Shown here in pieces: positions 9,548 through 20,514 of a stretch of 64,000 nucleotides of DNA (the stretch's first letter is position 1; each line of letters starts with the position of its first letter). The stretch covers positions 124,001-188,000 of the forward strand of contig CAWKCK010000003.1 of the NCBI GenBank assembly GCA_963848135.1, in the 5' to 3' direction. The notes beneath the pieces are model-generated. The model was not told the origin of the DNA and made no database searches. It saw only the letters and a program-made list of their open reading frames with translations. The translations under genes were made by a program, and so were the position numbers. Source of the stretch: an uncultured delta proteobacterium. Its GTDB lineage: Bacteria > Desulfobacterota > Desulfobacteria > Desulfobacterales > SG8-13.

Positions 9548-10771
9548 TTATTGGTTGATTGCATGTTCTTCCATGCTTTCTTCGGTGCGATGAAGGGTTC
9601 TTAGAAAGCGGTTTTTCGAAACAACGCCTTTATAGACATTCTGATCGTCCACGACCGGAACCGGCCAGCTACTCGAGGCAACCGCTGGCAATATATCCTG
9701 CATGGAGTCATTCAAATTGACAGGAGCGCCACCTTCGAGATAGGCCTGATCAATCGGACTGTCGGGTGCACCGCCTTCCAACGCCTCGCGCAGTGAATCC
9801 GAGGATACGATGCCCAAAAAGTGATGACGGGCATTCAGCACGTAGCAATGGTCGCGTTCACTGCCGCTCAACAATTCGTGGGTCGCACGCAGACTCCCCA
9901 CCTTGGTTTTGATGATCGTTGGATAGGTATCGCGCACGATATCGCCGGCCGATATGACATTCGTCGGATCGACCCCCCTGAAAAATGCGCGGACGTAATC
10001 GTCAGCCGGATTCTGCAAAATATCCTCCGGGGTGCCGACCTGGACCACGCGCCCCCCTTCCATGATGGCGATGCGGTCGCCGATACGCAGGGCTTCGTCC
10101 AAATCGTGGGAGATGAAAACGATAGTGCGCTGGTCATCCTCCTGGAGCTTGAGCAATTCATCCTGCATCTCCGTTCGGATCAGAGGATCGAGGGCCGAAA
10201 AGGCCTCGTCCATAAGCAGGATGTCGGGATCCACAGCCAGGCCGCGGGCCAGCCCCACGCGCTGCTGCATTCCTCCGCTGAGCTCTGACGGGTAAGAATT
10301 CTCCCATCCGGAGAGACCCACCTGTTCCAACGCCTGCATGGCGCGCTCTTTGCGTTTCGTTTTGTCAATCTTGGCAAGTTCCAATCCAAAAGCGGCATTG
10401 TCCAGCACAGACAGATGCGGCATGAGCGCAAAGGACTGAAAAACCATACTCATGTTGTGAAGACGGAACTTGACCAATTCATCCTGACCCATTTTTGTGA
10501 CATCTTTCCCATCAACGATCACCTTGCCGGCGGTGGGCTCTATGAGCCGATTGAGCATGCGGACAATGGTTGATTTGCCGGATCCGGACAATCCCATAAC
10601 GACGAATATCTCGCCGGATTCGATGGCAAAGCTGGCATTGTCGACCCCCACGGTCATACCGGTTTTTTCGAGGATGGCGTCCTTGCTTTGCCCTTCTTGA
10701 AGAAGTTGCATGGCCCTTTCCGGCTGGGTGCCGAATATTTTGTACAGATTCTCTACAACGATCTTGTCCAC
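9548..10771 (-). CDS. proV: Glycine betaine/L-proline ABC transporter ATP-binding protein with CBS domains
   Basis: GLSGSGKS, LSGGMQQRVGLAR, LLMDEAFSALDP; GTG 10771 chosen as start to avoid overlap with the MarR gene. Confidence 0.95.
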   Translation of the reverse strand: MDKIVVENLYKIFGTQPERAMQLLQEGQSKDAILEKTGMTVGVDNASFAIESGEIFVVMGLSGSGKSTIVRMLNRLIEPTAGKVIVDGKDVTKMGQDELVKFRLHNMSMVFQSFALMPHLSVLDNAAFGLELAKIDKTKRKERAMQALEQVGLSGWENSYPSELSGGMQQRVGLARGLAVDPDILLMDEAFSALDPLIRTEMQDELLKLQEDDQRTIVFISHDLDEALRIGDRIAIMEGGRVVQVGTPEDILQNPADDYVRAFFRGVDPTNVISAGDIVRDTYPTIIKTKVGSLRATHELLSGSERDHCYVLNARHHFLGIVSSDSLREALEGGAPDSPIDQAYLEGGAPVNLNDSMQDILPAVASSSWPVPVVDDQNVYKGVVSKNRFLRTLHRTEESMEEHAINQ

Positions 10772-10814
10772 GGATATCTGCCTTTGCTGCTCGGGTTGGT
10801 TATAAGCAACGCCG

Positions 10815-11360
10815 TCATAGAGGCGTCGGTTTGGCCTTATCTGTTTTGGCGGCCTGATTTCCAATCGGACGGGTCTCCAGAAAAGGCGCCGCCTGAATGG
10901 CTTTGGCATCCAAAATGGAAACCAGGCGCTGCAGGGAACTCAAGATCATGGTCTGCTCCCATTCTTGAAGGTTGGAAAACCGCTCTACGAAAGCCTCCTG
11001 CATCAATGGCGGCGCATCTTTCAGGACCTGTTTCCCGGTGTCAGTGATGCGCACCATGACCCGTCGTTTATCGTGCTCGCTGCGTTTCCGGGCGAGAAAT
11101 CCCCGTTTTTCCATTCGCTCCAGAATACCTGTCACCGTTGCCTGGCTGAGGCTGACCGCCCGCGCGATTTCCCCGGCCGTGACTTCTCCGCAGCGCGATA
11201 TCTCCTGTAAAATAACGAGTTGCGGACCGGTTAACCCGACCCGCTTGACAAGTTTTTTGGAATTCATGTCGATCGCCTGGATGATTTTCCGCAGGGCGAT
11301 AATGACCCTGTCACTGGTTGTGCGGTTTGGACCGGGTGTTGCCATTGGAGACTTATTCAT
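10815..11360 (-). CDS. MarR family regulator, CosR/EctR-like
   Basis: ALRKIIQAIDMNSKKL...GLTGPQLVIL...LSQATVTGILERME...DKRR; first gene of the proU operon; exact start uncertain (11345-11372). Confidence 0.88.
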   Translation of the reverse strand: MNKSPMATPGPNRTTSDRVIIALRKIIQAIDMNSKKLVKRVGLTGPQLVILQEISRCGEVTAGEIARAVSLSQATVTGILERMEKRGFLARKRSEHDKRRVMVRITDTGKQVLKDAPPLMQEAFVERFSNLQEWEQTMILSSLQRLVSILDAKAIQAAPFLETRPIGNQAAKTDKAKPTPL

Positions 11361-11399
11361 TTTTATTGGCACTCTTTATCGTTCGATCGCCAAAATTAT

Positions 11400-11609
11400 A
11401 TTGTGTTCAAAATAAATAATCTGAAAATGTATCATTTGACATCAAAATGTTTTGTGACATCATTTCGCCAACTGCTACAACAAAAAAATGCATGTCTAAT
11501 GCATATCGATAAGATTTGCAAGCCAATTGTAAGTTATAAACTATTTTGATGTGAATGTTTTATTTTTCACACCCGTCAAATTTCGAGAGTTTATTATTTT
11601 GATCTCAAA
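11400..11609. promoter_or_regulatory. Repeated TTTGA-NN-TCAAA palindromes, probable MarR operators
   Basis: TTTGACATCAAA 11435-11446 and TTTGATCTCAAA 11598-11609; degenerate copies at 11400-11411 and 11545-11556. Confidence 0.6.
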
Positions 11610-11823
11610 CAACATTTAGGGCAGTTTCCCATGTTTGTCAAAAATAAGTTCCGCTATTCAAACGCTTTTTTTCATCAACCAATTATTCCACCCTTCCGTA
11701 TCTCGAAATAAAATTTTGAATAGCAGTTTAATTTTGGGTTTTATTTTTTCCGTTAGCTCGATTATAATTTACTCAACGGGGATAGGAACAAAACATGACG
11801 CCATGATAAGGAATACCCGTCGA

Positions 11824-12612
11824 ATGCTGAACTTTTCATCCACCATCATAAAAAAGGCCAAAGAATTGGGGGCGTCACTGGCCGGAATTGCTCACATCGA
11901 TGACCTGAAAACCGCGCCATCCTTTACCTTCGCCCCAAAATTGGTCGCCGACAGCATCGGTAACCACGAGCATGTCCTGAAGGAAAAGCAGGAGAAAGGA
12001 ATCTGGCCCAATGACGCCAAAAGCGTCCTGGTAATCGCCGTCGAACACCCGGCAGATAAACCCGAGATGGACTGGTGGTTTCCTGTTAGCGGTCCGCCCG
12101 GAAACCGTTTTCTGACCCGAATCATAACGGAAATGTGCACCTGGGTCGAAAAAGTAAGCGGCATCCGCACTTTTCACATGCCCTACCAGGTTGAAAGAGG
12201 TGGCACTTATCTGAAGGATGTGTCGGTATGGGCCGGTTTGGGTTGCATTGGCAAAAACAATCTTTTGGTAACCCCGGAATACGGACCACGGGTGCGCCTG
12301 CGGGCGATGACCCTGAACGAAAGCTTCCCTTCGACCGGACCGCTCGGCTTCGATCCGTGTATCGGATGCGATACCACCTGCCGCCAGGCCTGTCCCCAGG
12401 ACGCTTTCGTCCATCAGGTCTACAAAACGGAAGAAGATGGTCTGGATCGGCTGCCGGGAAGAGACGGTTCCTTTTCACGCCCGATGTGTAACACCCAAAT
12501 GAGCAAGAATATTACGGCCGCAGAAGAGAAAAAGATCGAAGACACCGATAAGGCGGTTAAAGTCGTCAAATACTGTCGCTGTTGCGAATTTGCCTGTTCC
12601 GTGGGGAAGTAA
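11824..12612 (+). CDS. Epoxyqueuosine reductase (QueG)/reductive dehalogenase-like 4Fe-4S protein
   Basis: KAKELGASLAGIA, AGLGCIGKNNLLVTPEYGPRVRL, CIGCDTTCRQACP, CRCCEFAC; start uncertain. Confidence 0.8.
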   Translation: MLNFSSTIIKKAKELGASLAGIAHIDDLKTAPSFTFAPKLVADSIGNHEHVLKEKQEKGIWPNDAKSVLVIAVEHPADKPEMDWWFPVSGPPGNRFLTRIITEMCTWVEKVSGIRTFHMPYQVERGGTYLKDVSVWAGLGCIGKNNLLVTPEYGPRVRLRAMTLNESFPSTGPLGFDPCIGCDTTCRQACPQDAFVHQVYKTEEDGLDRLPGRDGSFSRPMCNTQMSKNITAAEEKKIEDTDKAVKVVKYCRCCEFACSVGK

Positions 12613-12672
12613 ATCCAATCATGCAATTTTTTTCTTTTAAAAGTCCTTGAGATGGTTCTATAATAACCGGTA

Positions 12673-13992
12673 ATGATCAAGCGCCTGAAATCCTTTTTCA
12701 CCGCCGGCATTTGGCAGATTCGCTCACGCGATCTGCCACCCGTAAAAGCGTTCTTTCTCCGCCAGCTGCGCATCTTAATTCTCACCGCTCGTGAATCCGT
12801 TAAAGACAAATGTCTCTTACGGGCCTCGGCCTTGACCTTCTACTCTTTGTTGTCCATCGGACCGCTGGCGGCTCTGGCATTGGGAATCGCCAAGTGGTTC
12901 GGACTGCAGGCCCGCTTCGAGAAGGAAGTCTTGACCAAGCTGCCGGCCCAGGAAGAAGTCCTCAATCAGATTCTGAATTACGCCACTGTTTTGCTCAACA
13001 ATACCCGTGGCGGCGTCATCGCCGGGGTCAGTGTCGCCGTGTTGTTGTGGTCGGCCATGAAGGTGTTGAGCCATCTCGAGCAATCCTTCAACGACATCTG
13101 GCAGGTAAAGAAATCGCGCTCCTGGAAAATGAAAATCAGCAACTACTTGGCCTTTCTAGTCCTGGCGCCCGTGTTTCTATTGATCTACAGTAGCATTCCC
13201 GCTTTCGTCACCCGGCAGCTCGATGATCTCTCAACCAGACTGACCCTGCTCGCCAAGGTCAGCCCGACAATATTGGAACTGCTGCAACTTTCACCATACC
13301 TGCTTGTCTGGGCCCTATTCTCGGTCGTCTACCTTCTGATTCCCAATACCCGGGTCAAAGCGACCTCGGGCATCCTGGCCGGAGTGCTGGCCGGCACAGC
13401 CTACCTGGTGGTTCAATGGGCACTCATCGATTTTCAGGTGGGCGTCACCCGTAACAATCCCATCTATGGCAGCCTGGCCGCACTGCCGTTGCTCCTGCTG
13501 TGGATGAATGTCGGCTGGATTGTCCTTCTGATCGGGGCGGAATACACGTATGCCCACCAGAACGTAAATTTGTACGAACTCGAACCGGACTACACCGGTA
13601 TCAGCCTCCGCTTCAAGAAGGTGTTGACCCTTCAAATTCTTCACCAGATGGTGACGCGGTTTTCCAGCGGTGATGAACCACTGAGTGCCAAACAGTTATC
13701 CCAGCAACTCGAAATACCGGTGCTCCTGGTACAGCATATCCTAAACGAACTGGTCGACACCGGCCTGGTCTCGCTGGCCAATACAAATGGCAGCCGCGAT
13801 CCCGTTTATCAGCCCTCGAGCGATATTCATCGCTGGACAATCAGGCATATTATCGATGCGTTGGAACTGCACGGTGTCAACCGGTTGCCGGTAGCCAAAA
13901 CCGAAACCCTGAAATCCATCATCCAGGCCGTGGAAGAATTGAATTCAGAAATGAACCGCTCCAAAGCCAACCGGTTATTGATGAACCTTTGA
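12673..13992 (+). CDS. YihY/virulence factor BrkB family membrane protein with a C-terminal winged-helix-like extension
   Basis: RASALTFYSLLSIGP, LEQSFNDIW, IYGSLAALP, IVLLIGAE. Confidence 0.88.
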   Translation: MIKRLKSFFTAGIWQIRSRDLPPVKAFFLRQLRILILTARESVKDKCLLRASALTFYSLLSIGPLAALALGIAKWFGLQARFEKEVLTKLPAQEEVLNQILNYATVLLNNTRGGVIAGVSVAVLLWSAMKVLSHLEQSFNDIWQVKKSRSWKMKISNYLAFLVLAPVFLLIYSSIPAFVTRQLDDLSTRLTLLAKVSPTILELLQLSPYLLVWALFSVVYLLIPNTRVKATSGILAGVLAGTAYLVVQWALIDFQVGVTRNNPIYGSLAALPLLLLWMNVGWIVLLIGAEYTYAHQNVNLYELEPDYTGISLRFKKVLTLQILHQMVTRFSSGDEPLSAKQLSQQLEIPVLLVQHILNELVDTGLVSLANTNGSRDPVYQPSSDIHRWTIRHIIDALELHGVNRLPVAKTETLKSIIQAVEELNSEMNRSKANRLLMNL

Positions 13993-14119
13993 TCCAAAGG
14001 TTTCATGACATCTTTTCAGAGGGTGCTATGATGAAAGGTTTTCGAGGTGTTTTCAGCGCAATTGATTGTCGGTACGCTCTCGGAGAGATTTTATTAACCT
14101 TGAAGCTGCTGGAGAAAGG

Positions 14120-15115
14120 TTAGATGCCCACCTCACCGGCAAAATGGCAGGCGGCAAAATGGTGCGGATCAATCTCACGCAGGGCTGGCTCGTCGATACT
14201 ACAGATACCTTTGGCATAAATACACCGGGTATGAAATCGACAACCGGACGGCGGCTCAATCGGGCTGGGAACATCTCCCTTGAGGATGATGCGCTGATGC
14301 TTGCGCTTCGGGTCCGGCATCGGGGACGCCGAAAGCAAGGCCTGCGAATAGGGATGAAGCGGTCTTTGGTAGAGAGCCTTTCCGGGGGCAAGTTCGGCGA
14401 TTTTACCGAGATACATCACCGCCACCCTATCGCTGATATGTTCGACCACGTGAAGGTCGTGAGAGATGAAGAGATAGGTCAGGCCGAATTCTTCTTGAAG
14501 ATCCTTCAAGAGATTGAGCACCTGGGCCTGAATCGACACATCCAGGGCGGATACCGCTTCGTCGCAAACAATCAATTTCGGATTCAAGGCCAGCGCCCGG
14601 GCCACACCGATCCGCTGCCGCTGACCGCCGGAAAACATGTGCGGATAACGCCGCATTTGCTCCTGCCTCAAGCCAACGACGCCCATCAAGTAACGGACCC
14701 GCTCCTCACGCTCCTGGCGATTTTTCATCCCGTGAATCAGGAGCGGCTCGCCGATGATTTGGGCAACTGTTTTTCTGGGATTCAGGGAGGAAAAAGGATC
14801 CTGAAAGATAACCTGCATTTTTTTGCGCAGCAGACGCATTTGCCTGCTGTCGTATTCAAGAATATTTTCACCTTCGAATAATATCGTGCCGGCCGTCGGT
14901 TCCTCCAGCCGTAGTATCGCCCGCCCGAGCGTGGTCTTGCCGCAACCGGATTCCCCGACCAATCCCAGTGTTTCTCCCGATTTAATGGCAATATTGACCC
15001 CGTCGACGGCCTTCACCGAGGCCATCTCCCTCAGAAATATACCGCCGCGGATAGGATAATGTTTTACCAGGTCCCTGGCTTCCACCAGATAGGCACTCTG
15101 ATTGCTATCAGACAT
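14120..15115 (-). CDS. dppF: Dipeptide/oligopeptide ABC transporter ATP-binding protein
   Basis: [40 protein letters not shown]. Confidence 0.9.
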   Translation of the reverse strand: MSDSNQSAYLVEARDLVKHYPIRGGIFLREMASVKAVDGVNIAIKSGETLGLVGESGCGKTTLGRAILRLEEPTAGTILFEGENILEYDSRQMRLLRKKMQVIFQDPFSSLNPRKTVAQIIGEPLLIHGMKNRQEREERVRYLMGVVGLRQEQMRRYPHMFSGGQRQRIGVARALALNPKLIVCDEAVSALDVSIQAQVLNLLKDLQEEFGLTYLFISHDLHVVEHISDRVAVMYLGKIAELAPGKALYQRPLHPYSQALLSASPMPDPKRKHQRIILKGDVPSPIEPPSGCRFHTRCIYAKGICSIDEPALREIDPHHFAACHFAGEVGI

Positions 15116-16073
15116 ATTTCAGACACCGGGCAAGGTGGTTGTCGCCGACACTGACCATTTCAGGTTCGATGTGCCGGCAGTCATCGAAAACGTCCGGGCA
15201 GCGATCGCTGAACAGGCACCCGGTAGGCAGGTTGAACAGGGAGGGCACAATTCCCGCAATGGCATTGAGACGACCTTCCGGCGTTTTATGGCCTAAAACG
15301 GGGATCGACCGCATAAGGCCGACGGTATATGGATGTTTGGGCGTAGCAAAAAGAGGGCCCACATCAGCATATTCCATCACTCGGCCGGCGTACATCACGG
15401 CGACACGTTGCGCCATTTCGGCAATGACACCCAGATCGTGGGTGATGAAAAGTATGGCCGCCCCCGTCTCCTCCTTGAGTTTGTTCATCAGGTCCAGAAT
15501 CTGGGCCTGAATGGTCACGTCCAAGGCGGTGGTCGGCTCGTCGGCAATCATCAATCGGGGGTTGCAGGCCAACGCCATGGCAATCATCACCCGTTGCCGC
15601 ATACCGCCGCTCATCTGGTGCGGATAATCGGAAAGTCGTTTTTCGGGTGCCGATATTCCCACCAGGCGGAAAATTTCTGCCACCCGAGACCTGGCATCGC
15701 GACGTGATAGCCCCTGGTGAAGACGCAGCACCTCAGCCACCTGTTCACCGACCGTAAATACCGGGTTCAGGGAGGTCATGGGCTCCTGGAATATCATCGA
15801 TATGCGGTTGCCACGGATCCGGCGCATGCGGTCTTCGGGAATGGATAACAAATCGGTGCCATCGAAGATGATCCTGCCACTGACGATTTTCCCCGGCGGA
15901 TCCGGGATAAGCCGGATAATCGAATGGGCCGTAACACTCTTGCCGCAACCCGACTCGCCCACAAGTCCCAGCGTTTGCCCCGCCTGAATCTCCAGACTGA
16001 CATCATCCACCGCTTTGGCCACCTGGCCACGGACGAAGAAATGGGTTTTCAGGTTTTGGATGTCTAAAAGCAT
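15108..16073 (-). CDS. dppD: Dipeptide/oligopeptide ABC transporter ATP-binding protein
   Basis: [35 protein letters not shown]. Confidence 0.9.
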   Translation of the reverse strand: MLLDIQNLKTHFFVRGQVAKAVDDVSLEIQAGQTLGLVGESGCGKSVTAHSIIRLIPDPPGKIVSGRIIFDGTDLLSIPEDRMRRIRGNRISMIFQEPMTSLNPVFTVGEQVAEVLRLHQGLSRRDARSRVAEIFRLVGISAPEKRLSDYPHQMSGGMRQRVMIAMALACNPRLMIADEPTTALDVTIQAQILDLMNKLKEETGAAILFITHDLGVIAEMAQRVAVMYAGRVMEYADVGPLFATPKHPYTVGLMRSIPVLGHKTPEGRLNAIAGIVPSLFNLPTGCLFSDRCPDVFDDCRHIEPEMVSVGDNHLARCLKYV

Positions 16074-16238
16074 GCCAATGAGGTATTTTAATTTTGAAAC
16101 GGTTGTGTCAGTTGAGTCGGTTGGTCAGTTTTGCCAGTTAAAGATAGTATCGATCTTATCGACTAAATGCTTATTAACACAGGGACCGCCACGGTGCATG
16201 AAGATGATGCGCCGGCGCCCACCTCATCACCACAATCA

Positions 16239-17132
16239 TCAATCTCTCAAGCGCGGGTCCAGTGCATCGCGGAGACCATCGCCCAGCAGATTGAAACCGA
16301 GGACGGCCATCAGGATGGCGACACCGGGAAAGGTCATGACCCACGGTGCCCTCAGGATGAGACCCCGGCTCCTGGCAATCATGCCTCCCCACTCAGGAGT
16401 CGGGGGCTGAGCACCGAGCCCCAGAAAGCTCAGTGCCGCTGCATCCAGAATCGCCGAGGCCATGCTCAAGGTTGTTTGCACAATCAAGGGTCCCATGCAA
16501 TTGGGCAGTATACTCAGAAATATGATCCTCAGATTACCGGCACCGATGGATCGGGCGGCCATGACGTAGTCTTTTCCGCTCTCTTCCAAAACACTGCCCC
16601 GCACGATGCGGGCAAACCGGGGCACATATGTGACACCGATCGCAATCATGGCATTCTGCAGGCTGGGTCCCAGATAAGCGACCACAACAATAGCCAGAAG
16701 CAGATAGGGAAAGGCCAGTATCATATCCATGATGCGCATGATGAAGCTGTCGACCTTACCTTTGTAGTACCCGGCAACGGCGCCGAACAGAATGCCGAAC
16801 ACAAACGCCAGGCCAACACTGACGATCGCGACGATGAGGGAAACCCGCGCGCCAAAAATAATCCGCGACAGTGTGTCCCGTCCCAGTTCATCGGTACCCA
16901 GAATGTATTTGGTTGTGCCCCCTTCATGCCACAGGGGCGGCTTGAGTTGATCGTACAGCTCTGTCTCCAGCGGGTCATGGGGGCTGAGCAGGGGCGCGAA
17001 AATGGCGGTGAGGAAAAAAATAATGATAACCACCAGGCCGGCAACAGCGGTCTTGTTGCGCCACAGTTGGCTCATCTGTTCCAGCATCGGGTGGCGATCT
17101 TGGGGATTCTTGTTTTTTCGTTCCGTTTGCAT
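16239..17132 (-). CDS. dppC: Dipeptide ABC transporter permease
   Basis: LGTDELGRD, LSFLGLGAQPPTPEWG, GDGLRDALDP; start approximate. Confidence 0.9.
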   Translation of the reverse strand: MQTERKNKNPQDRHPMLEQMSQLWRNKTAVAGLVVIIIFFLTAIFAPLLSPHDPLETELYDQLKPPLWHEGGTTKYILGTDELGRDTLSRIIFGARVSLIVAIVSVGLAFVFGILFGAVAGYYKGKVDSFIMRIMDMILAFPYLLLAIVVVAYLGPSLQNAMIAIGVTYVPRFARIVRGSVLEESGKDYVMAARSIGAGNLRIIFLSILPNCMGPLIVQTTLSMASAILDAAALSFLGLGAQPPTPEWGGMIARSRGLILRAPWVMTFPGVAILMAVLGFNLLGDGLRDALDPRLRD

Positions 17133-17181
17133 GCGCTCTGATCTTGCCGGTTCGATCAACAGAGTTTGGTTGGTCAGGTCT

Positions 17182-17285
17182 GGTTTATTTTAGTGTTTGG
17201 TGTTTTGGTGATTTGTGTTTGACGTCAAAATTCGTTGGCTCGCAGAAGACCGGTATCAAAACATCAAACACGTAAAATGAAACCC
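17182..17285. repeat. Imperfect inverted repeat built from short TGTTTGG-like units
   Basis: GGTTTATTTTAGTGTTTGGTGTTTTGGTG pairs with TATCAAAACATCAAACACGTAAAATGAAACC in the dppB-dppC spacer. Confidence 0.55.
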
Positions 17286-17288
17286 GAT

Positions 17289-18294
17289 CTAATTCATACT
17301 GATTCTCGGGTTTATTACCGCATACAGAACGTCGACGCACAGGTTGATAAGAACAAAGAAGCCGGCAATAAGGAGCGTGCCGCCCTGGATAACCATGTAG
17401 TCTCTCTGCATGACCGCATCGTACATCCACTTGCCCACACCGGGCCAGGCAAATATGGTCTCGGTCAGTATGGCACCGCCCAGCAGAACGCCAAACTGAA
17501 GGCCGATGGTGGTGACAACCGGGATGAGGGCATTGCGCAGGGCATGTTTGAAGATGACGTTGAGGGTCGAAAGGCCTTTGGCTTTGGCTGTCTTGATATA
17601 ATCCTGGCGCAAGACGTCCAGCATGGCCGAACGGGTCATCCGCGCCACGATAGCCGTAGGGATGGTGCTCAGGGTCACCGCCGGCATGATAATATGCCAC
17701 ACGGCATCTCTCAGGGCCGCCCAATTACGGGTCAAAATGGCGTCCAAAATATAAAAATTGGTGATCACCTCCAGATCAATCCCGATGCTCAAGCGGCCCG
17801 ATAGCGGCAACCAGCCGAGGTTGAGGGAGAAAATCAGCATGAACACCAGCCCGAGCCAGAAAATCGGCATGCTGACCCCTGCAAGCGCCCCGAGCATGCT
17901 GAGGTAATCAAAAATCGAATATTGCTTGGTGGCCGAAATAATCCCTAAAATGACACCGAAGAAGCAGCTGATGCACAGCGCCACAAGGGACAGTTCGATG
18001 GTGGCCGGAAACCGTTGTCTGCACCTCGATCCAAACCTTCTGGCGGGTCCAGATGGTTTCTCCCAGGTCGCCCTTCAACAATCGCTTGAGAAAAAGGCCG
18101 TACTGAATATAAAGGGGCTCGTTGAGCCCGAGGTGCTCACGCATTTGTTCCAGGGACTCTACCGTGGCGCGTTCACCCAGGAGCAGTTCCGCCGGATCGC
18201 CGGGCGTCATGTGCAACATGAGAAAGACGATGACGGAAACCCCCAGCAGCGTGGGGATCAAGATCAATAATCTTCGAATCACATAGGCCAGCAT
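17289..18294 (-). CDS. dppB: Dipeptide ABC transporter permease (one frameshift near 18020)
   Basis: The N-terminal ORF MLAYVIRRLL...PGDPA joins ...QRFPATIELS...DYIKTAKAKG when one extra base is removed. Confidence 0.88.
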
Positions 18295-18470
18295 GATAAT
18301 CGCATATACCTATCTACTCAAAATTTCACGAAATTATTTCTGGATATTGAATAGACACAACTATTGTGGATGTCGCAACGCCAAAGAAAGACCCGAGGCA
18401 ATTTCACACCGTGGGGCAAAAGGGGATTTCGCCTGCAGGTCACCAATGTTTACGCGTACTGGAAGAGCAG

Positions 18471-18512
18471 AGCCGGTCCAAGGGAGGATGCCCTTCCTCC
18501 CCTTGACCGGTT
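18471..18512. terminator. Strong stem-loop after dppA (attenuator or mRNA stabiliser)
   Basis: CCGGTCCAAGGGAGGA / TCCTCCCCTTGACCGG imperfect inverted repeat. Confidence 0.55.
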
Positions 18513-18560
18513 TTCCCTTTTTATCTGATCGTTAACCCTTTTAGGGAGCGGTTAGGCGGG

Positions 18561-20165
18561 TTACTCCAACCAGACGTTCTTCATGCGCACCGAACTGGTG
18601 GGGTGCAGTTTGAAGTTCTTCACATTATTGAGCGCCGGCCAGATAACCGTCGAATGGGCCACCGATATGACTGGCATTTCATCGTAGATCAACTGTTGGG
18701 CCGCTTCGTAGATCTTCGCCCTTTCGTTCTGATCGATCGTCTGGCGCCCTTTGACCATGAGTTCGTGGTACTTCTCATTGTGCCACTGGGTTCGGATGGC
18801 CGATGAGGCCAAGCCGTCGAAGAGCACAGCCAGAAAGTTGTCCGGATCGCCATTATCACCGGTCCAGCCAAGTTGGAACAGATCCATGTCCGCTGGTTGC
18901 TCACGTTGACGTTTCAGGTAGGTGCCCCACTCGAAAGTGACCACCTTGGCCGTGATCCCAACCTTGGCCAGGTCTGCCGCCATGGCTTCGCCGATCTTCA
19001 GTCCATCGGGGTTGTAGGGCCGGGGAACTGGCATCGACCACAGGGTGATTTCGCCTAAACCTTTTCCGTCGGGGAAACCGGCCTTTTTCAGCAGTTCCTT
19101 GGCTTTTTCAGGGTCATAGGCATAACCCGGGATCTTGTCGTTGTATCCCCACATGGTGGGAGGAATCGGGTTCTTCGCCACCTGGCCCATCCCCTGGTAG
19201 ATGTTGTCCACAATCGCCTTACTGTTGATGGCGTATGCAATCGCTTTGCGCAGGTCGGTGTTGCTCTTCCAGGGCTCCTTGGTGTGATTGAAGGACAGGT
19301 AGCCAATGTTCATTCCCGGCTGGGTTGGCAGCCAGAGGTTTTTGTCTTTTTCTGCCAAGGCAATGTCGGCCGGGTTGGGGAACTGACAAATTTGGATATT
19401 GCCGGTTTTGAGTTCCAGAAAACGGACCGAGTTTTCCGGAATTGACCTGAAGATAAGCTGATCAAGGTATGGCCCGCCGGATTTGTCCCAATAATCCGCA
19501 TTTTTATCCAAAATGATCCGGTCGTCCTTAACCCATTTCACGAACTTGAAAGGGCCGGTACCCACCGGATTTCGGATGAACTCTTTGGGGTTTTTCATAA
19601 ATGCCGTGGGGCTGATGATGTCGGCAAAGTCCATGCCCAGGTTAGCCAGAAACGGCGCTTCCACCCGTTTAAGTTTGAAGACGACGGTGTATTCATCCGT
19701 CGCCTCGATGGCACCGACGGTTTCATCCATCTCCATGGACACCCAATACTCCGGTGGTCTCTCCTGGGCCGGTATATCAAGGGTTTTGCCAAAGAACTTC
19801 ACATTGCGGTCCTTCATCATGCGGCCGATAGAAAACACAACGGCATCAGCATTAAAAGGTGTTCCGTCGTGGAATTTGACACCCTTGCGAAGATGGAAGG
19901 TATAGGTCAGTCCGTCCGGTGAAATATCCCAGGATTCGGCCAATCCCGGCTCCAGCGCCGTGGATTCGTCCTTGTAGAAGACGAGCGCTTCGTAGATATT
20001 GTCACAGATCATAAATGAGTTGCCGTCCGTTTCATAGGCCGGATCCAGGCCAACGCTGTCTCCACCACGCCCGAAGACAAGGGTTCCCCCCTTCTTGGGC
20101 GCCGCGACGGCCGCACCGGCCAGGACAAACAAAAGCACGACCAACAAAATCGTCAACTTTTTCAT
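18561..20165 (-). CDS. dppA: Dipeptide ABC transporter substrate-binding protein
   Basis: Signal peptide; LAESWDISPDGLTYTFHLRKGVKFHDG, PVGTGPF, MPVPRPYNP, GWTGDNGDPDNF (DppA-like). Confidence 0.93.
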   Translation of the reverse strand: MKKLTILLVVLLFVLAGAAVAAPKKGGTLVFGRGGDSVGLDPAYETDGNSFMICDNIYEALVFYKDESTALEPGLAESWDISPDGLTYTFHLRKGVKFHDGTPFNADAVVFSIGRMMKDRNVKFFGKTLDIPAQERPPEYWVSMEMDETVGAIEATDEYTVVFKLKRVEAPFLANLGMDFADIISPTAFMKNPKEFIRNPVGTGPFKFVKWVKDDRIILDKNADYWDKSGGPYLDQLIFRSIPENSVRFLELKTGNIQICQFPNPADIALAEKDKNLWLPTQPGMNIGYLSFNHTKEPWKSNTDLRKAIAYAINSKAIVDNIYQGMGQVAKNPIPPTMWGYNDKIPGYAYDPEKAKELLKKAGFPDGKGLGEITLWSMPVPRPYNPDGLKIGEAMAADLAKVGITAKVVTFEWGTYLKRQREQPADMDLFQLGWTGDNGDPDNFLAVLFDGLASSAIRTQWHNEKYHELMVKGRQTIDQNERAKIYEAAQQLIYDEMPVISVAHSTVIWPALNNVKNFKLHPTSSVRMKNVWLE

Positions 20166-20514
20166 ACTTATCCTCCTTTACGGTAGCAAATTACGTGCTG
20201 AAGGGCGCACGCCGCCCTTAGCTTTACGAACCGATTCTTGCACCATTTGGCGCCTTAGCAGAATCATCAGGGCAAGTCAAAATCTTCACCGCGTCGTTTC
20301 ACGCGTCGCATTCGCCGACCGGCAAAGCATCGGGGTTGCCGCCGTGCTCGTCTGTAGTAAGTTAAGGGACAAGGCACCCGCCGAAAATTAACACCGAAAC
20401 ATATTCATCACACCGATATCATATCTTTGTGGACACGGATGAAAAGTTTAATTAAACATTCGGATCAACGGCCAATGTCGCCGCTCTTCCCAGGGAGTGA
20501 ATATTGGCCGGCGC

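Noticed and set aside
10772..10909. N-terminal extension of ProV in the ORF track
   Set aside because: Overlaps the MarR gene; homology begins at GTG 10771
14066..17804. Long plus-strand ORFs (14066-14881, 16167-17141, 17235-17804)
   Set aside because: Antisense shadows of well-supported dpp genes, with no recognisable motifs
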